Origin: an uncultured Gemmatimonadaceae bacterium
Lineage (GTDB): Bacteria > Gemmatimonadota > Gemmatimonadetes > Gemmatimonadales > Gemmatimonadaceae
Direction: 5' to 3'
NCBI GenBank assembly: GCA_963822945.1
Contig: CAWGJO010000025.1
Coordinates: forward strand, 1-64,000
Length of the DNA stretch: 64,000 bases
This document shows, piece by piece, positions 10,714-23,871 of the stretch. The first letter of the stretch is position 1, and the number at the start of each line of letters is the position of its first letter. The notes below the pieces were generated by a model. The model was given only the letters and a program-made list of their open reading frames with translations, was not told the origin of the DNA and made no database searches. The translations under genes were made by a program, and so were the position numbers.

Positions 10714-13105
10714 GCCAGCTCCGCCACCGTCACGCCGGCGCCGCCCTCGTTCCAGGCACCGAGGCGAAAGTTCGTCACGCGGGAATCCTTCTTCAGCATC
10801 TCGGCCACCCGTTCACGCAGGGCTCCCGTGCCCTTGCCATGGATGATGCGCAGCATGCGCAGATCGGCCCGGACCGCCGAATCGATCGCGTGCATCACCA
10901 GACTCTCCGCCTCGTCCGCTCGCAGACCGCGCAGATCAATCTCGCTCGGAACGTGCGCCTCCGGCAGGTCGCCGCGCCAGCCCACGACCATCTCCTCGGG
11001 CCGCGGCTCCTCGACCCGCGTCAACGTGTCGAGGGGAACGGTCAGCTTGAGCGACCCCACGGCGACGACGGCGTCGGAGCCCCGTAGGTCCACGATCCGC
11101 CCCCGTTTGCCGTCGAGGGTGCCCACCGCCACCCGGGCGCCCGGCGCCAGCGCGCCCGGGACCGCCGCCGGCGCTTCGGGTTCGGCCGCGACGCGCTCCG
11201 TCTCGGCGTCCAGCGCCTCCAGCGCCGCCGCCTGTTCCGCGGCCAGCCGTTCGGCGCGGCGCCTCGCCTCGCGACCGGCGCTGTCGATGGCCTCCGCCCC
11301 CGCAGCCTTGAGTTCGCGAATCGTGCGCTCGATGTCGTGGCGCGCGTCGAGCACGTAGCGGCGCGCCTCCTGCCGGGCGGCGCGCTCCAGTTCCCGCTCG
11401 CGCTCCCGCACCGAGCGCTCGCGCCGCGCCACGTCGGCCAGGCGCTGCCGGCCGTCGTCGAGCACGGCGGTCATCTCGGATTCGCGCGCCGTGAGTTCGC
11501 GCTCGCGAACCTCGAGACGCTCCAGCAGATCGCGGGTGTCGCGCTCGTTCTGCGGAATGCGCTCCTCCGCCCGCGCCACGATCGCCTCCGGCATCGCCAG
11601 CCGCCGGGCGATGCTGATGCCGTACGACCGGCCGGGGATCCCCTTCACCAGGCGATACGTGGGCGCCAGCGCCGCCGCGTCGAACTGAAGCGAGGCGTTC
11701 ACCACGCCGGGCTGCTGGCTGGCCAGCTCCTTGAGCGTGCCGAGGTGCGTGGTGGCAACGGTGGTCGTGCGCCGCTGCGTCAGCGACTCGAGGATCGCCC
11801 ATCCGAGGGCCGCGCCTTCCTGCGGATCGGTGCCCGAGCCCAATTCGTCGATCAGCACGAGCGAGTCCGCCGTCGCGCCGCGCACGATCTCGGCCAGGTT
11901 CTTCAGGTGCGCGCTGAAGGTGGACAGGCTCGCCTCGATGGACTGCTCGTCCCCCACGTCGGCGAAGAAGTCGTCCACGACGGCGATCCGCGACGCGGGG
12001 CCCACGGGCGCCGGGATCCCGGCCTGGGTCATGCGCGGAGATGAGGCCCAGGGCTTTGAGGAGTACCGTCTTGCCACCGGTGTTCGGTCCCGACACCAGC
12101 AGCGTGTGCTCGTCGGGATCCATGGCGAGGTCGAACGGCACCACGGGAATTCCCTGCGCCACGAGCAGCGGGTGCCGGCCGCGCACGATCTCGAATCCGC
12201 CGCCCGGCGCCGCGAGGGTGCCGCTGGCGCACTCGAAGTCGTCGGAGAACCGCGCCCGGGCGTACAGGCTGTCGAGCTCGGCCAGCGCGTCGAGTGACGC
12301 GAGCATCGGCTCCCGCAGCGGCCGCACGCGCTCGGTCAGCTCCGCCAGGATGCGCTCGATCTCCTCGTGCTCGGCGGCTTCGAGTTCGCGCAGGCGGTTC
12401 CCGAATTCCACCGCCGCGGGGGGCTCGATGAACAGGGTCCCGCCGCTGGCGGACGCGTCGTGCACGATGCCGCCCACGGCGCCGCGCCCCTCGCGGCGGA
12501 CCGGGATCACGTAGCGCCCGTTGCGCACGGTGATGGAGAGGTCCACCGGCCGGTGGTGCGCCGGCAGGCCCGCCATCACGCGCTCCAGTATGCGCACGAG
12601 CTCTCCTTCGGACTTCCGGAGTTCGCGGCGCAGGCGCTTCAACTCCGGCGACGCGTCGTCGCGCACCTGGCCGTCGTCGTCGAAGGTGCGGTCGATCGCG
12701 TCCTCGACCATGCGCTGCGACAGCAGACGGTCGACGAACGGCTCGAGCACCGCGCGCGCGACGGCGGGGCGCCTTCTCGTCGCGCAGCGCCTCGCGTGTG
12801 AGGCGCGCCGAGCGGAGCAGCTGACCGCCCTGCCGCAGTTCCTCGGCCGTCCACCGACTGCCGGCCACGCGCAGGCGGCCGAGCGCGGCCGTGACGTCGG
12901 GAAGCGGTTCCGGGTGCCACGGGTGGTCGCCCTCGCGCATGGCGCGCACGGCCGCCACGCGCCCGTGCTCGGCCTCCAGCCAGGCGCGGTCCGTGCCCGG
13001 CGTGAGCGCGCGCACCCGTTCGGCCCCCAGGGTCGATGCCGCCCGCTGGGCCACGAGGTCGAGCACCCGCGAAAATTCGAGAACCGCCAGCGCGTGGGCG
13101 TTCAT
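10710..13105 (-). CDS. mutS2: MutS2 endonuclease/ribosome-collision ATPase (frameshifts near 12770 and 12040)
   Basis: MNAHALAVLEF N-terminus, GIVHDASASGGT, SGPNTGGKT, LSTFSAH, DELGSGTDP and C-terminal Smr IIHGKGTG, spread over three ORFs. Confidence 0.9.
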
Positions 13106-13129
13106 GCGCCGGCTACCGGGTGGGGACGC

Positions 13130-13167
13130 AAAACCCGAACGGGCGGGGAGAGTCGCCCATTCGGGTT
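13130..13167 (-). terminator. Intrinsic terminator-like hairpin after yqeY
   Basis: Minus strand AACCCGAAUGGGCG-8nt-CGCCCGUUCGGGUU-UU; short U tract. Confidence 0.6.
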
Positions 13168-13192
13168 GCGAGATGCTCACTGAGGTCCACCG

Positions 13193-13636
13193 TCACTCCT
13201 TGCGGGCCAGTTCCTCACGCACGATGGCGTTGATGGTGCCGCCCTCCGCCCTGCCCTTGAATTGCGGCATGACCTTGCCCATCACGGCGCCGATGTTCGC
13301 CGCGCCGCCGGCGATCGCCGCGCGCACCGCGGCCCGGATCTCCTCCGGGTCCACCGCCGCCGGCAGATACGTCTCGAGCAGGGTGACTTCCGCCCGCTCC
13401 TTGTCCGCCAGTTCGTCGCGCTTGGCGTTGGCGTACATCTCCACCGACTCGCGTCGCTTCTTGATGCCGCGGCGGAGAACTTCGACCACGTCCTCGTCGG
13501 TGAGATCGCGGCGCAGCTCGATGGCCCGGTTCTTCACGTCGGCGATGATCGTGCCGAGCAGCAGCGTGGCCGGCTTGTTCTGCGCCTTGCGCGACGCATT
13601 CAGATCGGCCTGCAACCGCGCCATCAGGTCGGACAT
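13193..13636 (-). CDS. GatB/YqeY domain protein
   Basis: KKRRESVEMY, ETYLP, GAVMGKVMP; directly downstream of rpsU. Confidence 0.92.
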   Translation of the reverse strand: MSDLMARLQADLNASRKAQNKPATLLLGTIIADVKNRAIELRRDLTDEDVVEVLRRGIKKRRESVEMYANAKRDELADKERAEVTLLETYLPAAVDPEEIRAAVRAAIAGGAANIGAVMGKVMPQFKGRAEGGTINAIVREELARKE

Positions 13637-13637
13637 G

Positions 13638-13826
13638 TTACGAGGACCGGCTCCGGCGATTCTTGCGAATGGCCGCGTTCATCTTGCGCTTGCGGCGTTC
13701 ACTCGGCTTCTCATAGTGACGATGCTTGCGCAGATCCGACAGGATGCCCGCCTTCTCGCATTTCTTCTTGAATCGCTTGAGCGCGCGCTCGAAGTTTTCA
13801 TCGTCGTGGATGATGACTTCCGACAA
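13638..13826 (-). CDS. rpsU: 30S ribosomal protein bS21
   Basis: [12 protein letters not shown]...[15 protein letters not shown] start with GGAG SD. Confidence 0.97.
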   Translation of the reverse strand: MSEVIIHDDENFERALKRFKKKCEKAGILSDLRKHRHYEKPSERRKRKMNAAIRKNRRSRSS

Positions 13827-13883
13827 AAGTGCTCTCCCCCCTTCGTGGCGTTTGCGGCGCCGGATAAGTGTGCGTAGCCGTTT

Positions 13884-13913
13884 AACTTAGCGAAGGCAGG
13901 GAAGCGGTGTCAA
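13884..13913 (-). promoter_or_regulatory. Sigma70-type promoter of rpsU
   Basis: TTGACA-18bp-TAAGTT on the minus strand. Confidence 0.7.
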
Positions 13914-13973
13914 TGGAGAGGCAAACGCGGCGCGTGATCCCCCTCCCCGGCGGCAGGGGTGGTATACTAGCGC

Positions 13974-15891
13974 ATGAATCCTCCCCCTCCCCTTTCCCGC
14001 TCGCCAGCCGATCCCCTGTTCGTCGAGTTCCAGGCGGCGCTTACAGGACGCTACTCCATCGACCATGAACTCGGCCGCGGTGGCATGGGCGTGGTCTACC
14101 TGGCACACGAGGTCCATCTGGACCGCCCCGTGGCCATCAAGCTCCTCCCCCCGGACCGGGCCCGCGACCCCGCCCTGCGCGAGCGCTTCCTGCGCGAGGC
14201 GCGGATGGCCGCCAAGCTCTCGCATCCGAACATCATCCCGATCCACGCCGTGGACGAGGCTGGCGGGTTCGTGTTCTACGTGATGGCGTACGTGGAGGGG
14301 CAGACGCTGGCCGAGCGTGTGCGAACGCGCGGGCCGCTGCCCAACGCCGAGGGCGCGCGTGTGTTGCGCGATGCCGCCTGGGCGCTCGCCCATGCCCATT
14401 CGCAGGGCCTGGTCCACCGCGACGTGAAGCCCGACAACATCCTGCTCGAAGTCGGGACCGGCCGCGTGATGGTGGCCGACTTCGGGATCGCGGCCGTGAG
14501 GAGCGACGCCACGGGCGACGGCGTGTCGGGCACCCCGGAATTCATGAGTCCCGAGCAGGCGTTGGGCCAGGAGGTGGACGGACGCAGCGACCTGTACTCG
14601 CTCGGCGCCACGGCGTTCTTCGCAATGACAGGTCGGCTCCCGTTCGAGGGAAAGACGCCCACCGAGGTGCTGGCCAAGCAGGTTACCGAGCCCGCGCCGC
14701 CCGTGCTCTCGATGGGTATTCCGGTGTCGCGGAAGATTGCCGCGCTCATCGACCGTTGCCTGGCCAAGCAGCCCGATCAGCGGCCAGCGAGCGCGGACGC
14801 GCTGGCCGAGCAGCTGGGGGTCGCGATCGCGCTGCGGCGCGAATTGCCGGTGGCCCTCCGCGCCTTCGCGAGGGACGGTGGCCGGTTGAACGGCGGCGGC
14901 ACGATCGTGTTCCCGTTCGCGCTGCTGGGTGCGACGATCGGCGTTTCGAGCCTCTTCGGGTCCACCGTGGCCTACACTACCATGGCGGTGCTCGGGCTGT
15001 GTGCGCCCGCCCTCTATCTCGCCAACGCCGCGCGGAAGCTGCTCCGGCTCGGCTTTACCCAAGTTCGATCTCGAGCCCGCGTTTCAGATGCAACTCGACC
15101 AGGCACGCGAGGAGCACACGATGCGATTCAGCCCGGCGCGGGCCCGGTACGAGCAGTTGTTCAAGCGATGCGCCAAGGGGTTCGGGCTTGTGCTGGGCGC
15201 CTCCATCGCCACCGTCTTCGCTGCCACGCTCCGGCTCGTCCGATACCCCGATTGGGGGATGGCGGTGTTCAGCATTTCCAGCATCGGAATGTTCGTGTCA
15301 TCGCTCGGCTACCTCACGCTCGCGCAGGAGCATTCCGATGCCGACACCGCGTTCTGGCGACGTATCTGGACGGGCCGCATCGGGCGCGTGCTCTTCTCGA
15401 TCGCGCGGCGGTTCACAGGGCGACATCAGCCCGCCACGGTCATGACCCACCGCGCCACCGAACTCGCCCTGGGCATGGCCGCCGAGAGTCTGTTCGAGAC
15501 GCTGCCCCGCGAGACGCGGGCGTCGCTCGGCGATCTGCCGACCATCCTCCACCGGCTTCAGGAGGACGCGCAGCAGCTTCGTGTGAAGTACAACGAGCTT
15601 CAGGAAGCGCTGGCCGAAGCCCCCGGCGGCGGAACGTCGGACGCTTACGCCGAGGTGCGCGAAACACGCGACGAGGTACAGGGCAAACTCACCGAAGCGG
15701 TGAGCGCGCTGGAGACCATCCGACTCAACCTGCTCCGGCTGCACGCCGGTTCGGCAACGGTAGAGGGGTTCACCACACACCTCGAAGTCGCCGCCGACGT
15801 GTCCGCGGAGGTGCAGCGGTTGCTGGCCGCTCGCGAGGAAATGGAGCGTCACCTCGAATTCCCTCGCGAGATCGCGGGCACGCCGGCCTAG
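13974..15891 (+). CDS. Hanks-type Ser/Thr kinase with ~4 TM segments and helical C-terminal domain (frameshift near 15061)
   Basis: LGRGGMGVVY, VAIK, HRDVKPDN, DFGIA, GTPEFMSPEQ; hydrophobic segments and helical tail continue in ORF 14929..15891. Confidence 0.85.
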
Positions 15892-15895
15892 CCGC

Positions 15896-16237
15896 TCACC
15901 CCGGCGGCCACCCCAGCGACCGCCCCCCCAGCAGGTGCAGGTGCAGGTGGAACACCGTCTGCCCGCCATCGGCATTCGTATTGACCACCACGCGGTAGCC
16001 CCGCTGCGCGATCCCTTCCTGCTCGGCGATCTCCGTGGCCAGTTCCGTCATCTCGCCGACCATCGCGAAATCGCCGATCGCGTTGAGCGATTCAACGTGC
16101 GCCTTGGGAATGATGAGAATGTGCACCGGCGCCTGCGGATGCACGTCCCGGAACGCCATGAAGTGCTCGTTCTCCATCACGACCGCCGATGGGATCTCGT
16201 GCCGTACGATGCGACAGAACAGACAGGTGTCGGACAC
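15896..16237 (-). CDS. Histidine triad nucleotide-binding protein (HinT)
   Basis: CLFCRI, GQTVFHLHLHLLGGR. Confidence 0.95.
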   Translation of the reverse strand: MSDTCLFCRIVRHEIPSAVVMENEHFMAFRDVHPQAPVHILIIPKAHVESLNAIGDFAMVGEMTELATEIAEQEGIAQRGYRVVVNTNADGGQTVFHLHLHLLGGRSLGWPPG

Positions 16238-16254
16238 CTTACCTCCCGAGCCGG

Positions 16255-16989
16255 TCACCGGCCCTGATCGGTGCGGACGATCGCGACCGCCGCGATGCCC
16301 GCCGTTTCGAATCGCAGGGTCGTCGCGCCCAGCGCCGCGGCGCGCCAACCATGGGAGAGCAACCGCTCCAACTCGTCCGGTTCCAGCCCACCCTCCGGTC
16401 CCACCGCGACCGCCGTCGCGTGGAACGGCGCGAACGACGACATCGCGGGACCGCCGGCATCGAGCACCAGTCGCGTGCCCATGCGCGCGCACGCCGCGAC
16501 GGCCTCGTCCAGCGCGCACGCGTCGTGAACGGCCGGCAACCACGCGCCACCGGACTGTTCCAGGGCCCCGATCATCCGGGCTCGGACCTTCCGCGCGAAC
16601 GCCTCCCCCTCCCCCCTCGGCGATACGCTGCGCGACCGCGCGTACCACACCGGCCGCCATTCGGTGACCGCGAACTCCGCCGCCTTCTCGGCCAGCCAGA
16701 GCATCCGGTCGCGGTCGGCCACGGGAACGAGCAGCGCGAGCGGCGTCGGACGGTCCACCGATTCGCACGCCTCGACGGATGCCTCCGCGCTGCTCGCACT
16801 CATCCGGTCGAGCGTTCCCCACCCCACGGTGCCCGCGCCGTCGGTTACCCGCACGGGATCGCCGGCGCTCAATCGCCGCACGCGCGCGTGTTTGACGGCC
16901 GCGTCGGGTAGCGGCACCGCCGTCCCCGGAGCGATCGTCGCCTCGACGAAGAACGACGCTATCCCCGAACCGCGGCGACGCTCCACCAC
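16255..16989 (-). CDS. rsmE: 16S rRNA m3U1498 methyltransferase RsmE
   Basis: EKAAE, EQSG, VGPEGG, LRFETA; follows prmA. Confidence 0.93.
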   Translation of the reverse strand: MVERRRGSGIASFFVEATIAPGTAVPLPDAAVKHARVRRLSAGDPVRVTDGAGTVGWGTLDRMSASSAEASVEACESVDRPTPLALLVPVADRDRMLWLAEKAAEFAVTEWRPVWYARSRSVSPRGEGEAFARKVRARMIGALEQSGGAWLPAVHDACALDEAVAACARMGTRLVLDAGGPAMSSFAPFHATAVAVGPEGGLEPDELERLLSHGWRAAALGATTLRFETAGIAAVAIVRTDQGR

Positions 16990-17780
16990 GCGTCCTCCTC
17001 CAACTCGACGACGACCGTCCAGTCCGCATCCGTGAGCGCCCGCCGCATCTCATCGGCCTCGCTGGTCATGATACCGCTGAAGATCGCCCGGCCGCCCGGG
17101 GCCAGCGCGCCCTCGATCACGGGCAGCAGACCGCGGATGACGCCCGAGAGAATGTTGGCCAGCACCAGATCCACCGGCGCCAGCAGCGGGAGCAACTGCG
17201 TGGCGTCGCCAAGGATCACCGCGACGCCGTCCGACACGCCGTTCGCCGCGATGTTCGCTTCGGCATTGCCGATCGCGTCGGGATCCATCTCGATGGCCGC
17301 CACGCGTCCGGCGCCGAGCTTCGCCGCGGCGATCGACAGCACGGCGCTGCCGGCGCCGAGGTCGGCCACGCGATCGCCTGCGTGCAGCACCGACTGCATG
17401 AGCGCCAGCACGCTCCGCGTGGTCGCATGCTCCCCGGTCCCGAACGCCATGGCCGGCTCGATGACGATCCTCCGCGCCGGATCGCTGCCCGCGGCCAACC
17501 AGGGCGGCATGACGGTGAGCCCGCCGACGCGATGCGCGGTCACGCCGCGCTTCCAGGCCTCCGTCCAATCCACCGGCGCCAGCGGACTCAACTCGACCAG
17601 CGCATCGGGGGCGCTCTGCGCAATGGCCGCGGCGAGCGCGTGCAGATCGATCCCCTCGTCCACATGCGTGATCAGGAATTCCCCGTCCTCCTGCACGCCG
17701 TTCACACCGCCGGCGAACATGGCCGCGAGGGCGGCCTCGCGGTGCGCGCCGGGACGCACCCGTACCGTGGTCCAGGTCAC
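16959..17780 (-). CDS. prmA: Ribosomal protein L11 methyltransferase
   Basis: DWTEAWK, IEPAMAFGTGEHATT, DLGAGSAVL, ANIL. Confidence 0.93.
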   Translation of the reverse strand: MTWTTVRVRPGAHREAALAAMFAGGVNGVQEDGEFLITHVDEGIDLHALAAAIAQSAPDALVELSPLAPVDWTEAWKRGVTAHRVGGLTVMPPWLAAGSDPARRIVIEPAMAFGTGEHATTRSVLALMQSVLHAGDRVADLGAGSAVLSIAAAKLGAGRVAAIEMDPDAIGNAEANIAANGVSDGVAVILGDATQLLPLLAPVDLVLANILSGVIRGLLPVIEGALAPGGRAIFSGIMTSEADEMRRALTDADWTVVVELEEDAWWSVAAVRG

Positions 17781-18919
17781 GCGCCCAGCGCTTCTTTCAT
17801 CTTCTTCCAGAAACTCTTCTCGCGCCCGGCCACCGGCACCGACGTCTGCACCTCGGCCAGCTCCCGGATGATCCGCTCCTCCTCCGCGGTCAGCCGCTCC
17901 GGCGTCCACAGCTGCACGCGCACGTGCAGGTCGCCCGTGCCGCTGGAGTTCACGCGCGGCAGTCCGCGTGACTTGAGGTGGAACAGCTGCCCGCTCTGCG
18001 TGCCCGCCGGAATGCGAAGGTTGACGCTCGCCGTCACGGTCGGCACCGTGATGTCCGCACCGAGGACGAGCTGGCCGTACGTCACCAGCACCTCGGTGTA
18101 CAGGTCCTCGCCGTCGCGTTCGAAGCGCGGATCGTCGGCCACCTCGAACACCACGTGCACGTCGCCGCGCTGCCCCCCGCGGGCGCCCGCGTTGCCGGCC
18201 CCGCGCATCGTCATGTACTGCCCGGTGGCCACCCCCGCCGGCACCTGGATCGTCAACTCGCGCTCGCCGCGCACGCGCCCCTCGCCGCGACACTTCTTGC
18301 ACGGCGCCTGCACGATCGTCCCCTCGCCCTTGCACGTCGGGCACGGCACCACGGTCAGGAACTGGCCGAAGAACGATCGCTGCGCGCGCCGCACTTCGCC
18401 CGCCCCTCCGCAGCTCGGACAAGTCTCGACCCGCGATCCGGGCTCGGCGCCCGTTCCGCCGCAGTGATCGCACGCGTCGAGCAGTTTCGCCACGACCTTC
18501 TTCTCCACCCCGGTGGCCACCTCTTCGAGCGTGAGCGCAATCGACACGCGCACGTCGGCGCCCGTGCGCACGCTTCCGCCGGACCGGCCACCGCCGCCGC
18601 CGAACAATTCCTCGAACCCGCCCAGGCCGAAATCCCGCATGAAGATGCCGAGCGCTTCGGAGAGATCCACGTGGTGGAATCCGGCCCCCGGGCCCCCGCC
18701 GCGCAGGCCGGCTTCGCCGTATCGGTCGTACGCGGCGCGCTTCTGCGGCTCGCGCAGCACATCGTACGCCTCGGTGATCGCCTTGAACTTCTCCTCGGCC
18801 TCCTTGGAGCCCGAGTTGCGATCGGGATGGTACTTCATCGCCAGCCGCCGGTACGCCTTCTTGATCTCCTCGTCGGAGGCGGTGCGCGCTACCTCGAGCA
18901 CCGAATAGAAATCAGCCAT
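17777..18919 (-). CDS. dnaJ: Chaperone DnaJ
   Basis: HPD motif, G/F region and four CxxCxGxG repeats. Confidence 0.97.
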   Translation of the reverse strand: MADFYSVLEVARTASDEEIKKAYRRLAMKYHPDRNSGSKEAEEKFKAITEAYDVLREPQKRAAYDRYGEAGLRGGGPGAGFHHVDLSEALGIFMRDFGLGGFEELFGGGGGRSGGSVRTGADVRVSIALTLEEVATGVEKKVVAKLLDACDHCGGTGAEPGSRVETCPSCGGAGEVRRAQRSFFGQFLTVVPCPTCKGEGTIVQAPCKKCRGEGRVRGERELTIQVPAGVATGQYMTMRGAGNAGARGGQRGDVHVVFEVADDPRFERDGEDLYTEVLVTYGQLVLGADITVPTVTASVNLRIPAGTQSGQLFHLKSRGLPRVNSSGTGDLHVRVQLWTPERLTAEEERIIRELAEVQTSVPVAGREKSFWKKMKEALGA

Positions 18920-18928
18920 GGATCGTTC

Positions 18929-19973
18929 TCAGTCGAGCAGGTCGGTGAGCAGCTGGGAAGTGTGCGACACGAGGGCGATGACCTTGTCGTACGGCATGCG
19001 CGTGGGACCGATGACGCCGATCACGCCGCCCAACGTGCCGGCGTGATACTCGGCCGTCACCACCGTGAAATCCTCGAGTCGCGGATCGGAATGTTCCTTG
19101 CCGATCGTGATCGTGAGACCCGGCGCCTGCGGCCGCGCGCGCAGCGCGTCGGCCAGCGTCTGGGGACTCTGCGTGAAATCGAGCAGACGGCGCATCCGGT
19201 CGGCCGCCGAGAACTCGGGCTGCTCGGCGAGCACCGAGGCCTGGCCCAGCACCACCGTTCCCTCGGCCAGCGGAAGCGAGGCGTCGAACAGTACCCCGGC
19301 GTCCTGCACGAAGATGTTCAGCAATTCGCGCGCTTCGGCGCGCGGCCACCGTGTCGCGCAGCCGCGCGCCCACGGACGTGCTGATCTGCTCGAGGGTCAA
19401 GCCGGCCAGCCGCTCGTTGAGCACCGCCGTGACTTCAGCCAGCACGCCGTCGGCGATCTCGCCCGCCACTTCCACGAACACCGTGCGCGCCACGCCGCCC
19501 TCGAGCTGCAGCACCATGAGCAGCCGCTCGCTGCTCACGCGCACGAGGTCGAGACTGCGCAGTACGGTCTTGCCGAGCGCCGGCCCGAGCGCCACGCCCA
19601 GTTCCTGCGCCAGCACGCCGAGGCTCTGCGCCGCGCGCCGGAGAATGGTCTCGATGGGCGAGTCGGCCCGTCCGATCTCCTCGACCAGCCGCCCATGCTC
19701 CGCCACCACCGCGGGCCCGCGCGCGAGCAGCGAATCCACGAACGCGCGGTACGCCTTGTTCGTGGGCACGCGCCCGGCCGAGGTGTGCGGGTGGGCCAGG
19801 AACCCCTTCTCTTCGAGGTCGCTCATCGTGTTCCGGATGGTCGCCGGCGACACGCCCAACTCGAATCGACGCGACAGCGTCCGCGACCCCGCCGGTTCGG
19901 CAGTTTCGACGTACGTCTGGATCACGGCTTCGAGCACCGTTCGTTCGCGGTTGGTGAGCTGTTCAGCGGCCAT
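18929..19973 (-). CDS. hrcA: Heat-inducible transcription repressor HrcA (frameshift near 19340)
   Basis: SPATIRNTMSDLEEKG, PHTSAGRVPT; C-terminal GVIGPTRMPY in a second ORF. Confidence 0.92.
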
Positions 19974-19980
19974 AAGTTCA

Positions 19981-20010
19981 AATCTAGTAACGACTTCGAA
20001 TGCCGGTCAA
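19981..20010 (-). promoter_or_regulatory. Sigma70-type promoter of hrcA, inside the hemW 3' end (probably leaderless)
   Basis: TTGACC-18bp-TAGATT, then 7 nt to the ATG at 19973. Confidence 0.6.
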
Positions 20011-21106
20011 GTATTGCGTGAGGGCGTCCAGCCGCAACCAGCCAAGCGGCGTCAGCCGCAGCGTCCCATGTGTGTCGATCGTCGCCCACCCGGCATCCAG
20101 CCATGGTTGCAGTCTGGCCGCCTCTCCCGGGAGCAGGTGCAAGCCACGTGCCGTCCGCAAGCCAAGATACGCGGCCTCCAGCGCCCGGGATTCCGACGTC
20201 AGCCGTTCGTCGCCCTCCAGGGGATCGTCGCCGGCACCCACGGCTGCCAACCAGGCCGAATAGGCCGACAGATTCCAACGCCGCGTCTGGCCGTCGAACG
20301 CATGCGCCGAGGGCCCCACGGCGGCATACGCAACGCCCTGCCAGTAGGCGGAGTTGTGGCGGGCCTCGTGACCCGGCCGGGCGTAGTTCGACACTTCGTA
20401 GTGTTCGAATCCGGCTGCGGCCAGCGACTCGTGCGCCTGCAGGAATTCGCGCTCGTACCGCGACTCGGGCGCCTCCTGCACGGTACCCCGGTCGCGCCAG
20501 CGGGCCACCGGGGTCGCCGGCTCGACGGTCAGCCCGTACAGCGACAGGTGCTCCGGCGCGAGCGCAATTGCCGCGTGCAGATCGCGCGCCCAATCCCGCT
20601 CCAGGGCGTCGGGCAGCGCGAAGATCAGATCGAGCGAGAGATCCGCGAAGCCCGCCGGCACGCGCAACGTCCACGGCGCGGCCGATCGCCGCCGCATCGT
20701 GCGTGCGGTGCATCCAGGCCAGCACGCGGTCGTCGAACGACTGCGCGCCGAGCGACAGCCGGTTCACCCCCGCCTCGCGCCATGCGCGCGCCGCCTCCGC
20801 CGACACGTCCTCGGGATTGGCCTCGAGCGTCACCTCGGCGTCGGCCGGCAGCGACGCCCGGGTGCGCACGACGTCGAGCAGGCGCGCCACGCCGGCGCCG
20901 CCGAGTTTGGACGGCGTTCCGCCACCGAGATAGAGCGTGTCCAGTGCCCACGGTCGCTCGCCCGCATGTCGCCGTTGCAGTTCGCGGTCGACGGCGGAGA
21001 CGTAGTCGTCCACCGGGACCACCGAGCGCACGGCGATCGAGAAATCGCAGTACGAGCAGCGCCGGGCGCAGAAGGGCACGTGGACGTAGAGGTGGCGTGG
21101 CGGCAC
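19984..21106 (-). CDS. hemW: Radical SAM heme chaperone HemW (HemN-like; frameshift near 20663)
   Basis: LYVHVPFCARRCSYCDF, GGGTPS, EANP, YEVSNYA, HNSAYW; typical position upstream of hrcA. Confidence 0.88.
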
Positions 21107-21150
21107 GATGGAATATACGGGGACGGGTTCGGATCTCGTCGGCGCCGCGC

Positions 21151-23835
<2,685 letters not shown>

Positions 23836-23871
23836 GATTGCGACGCGGGCGTCATCACTTTCACAGCCTCG

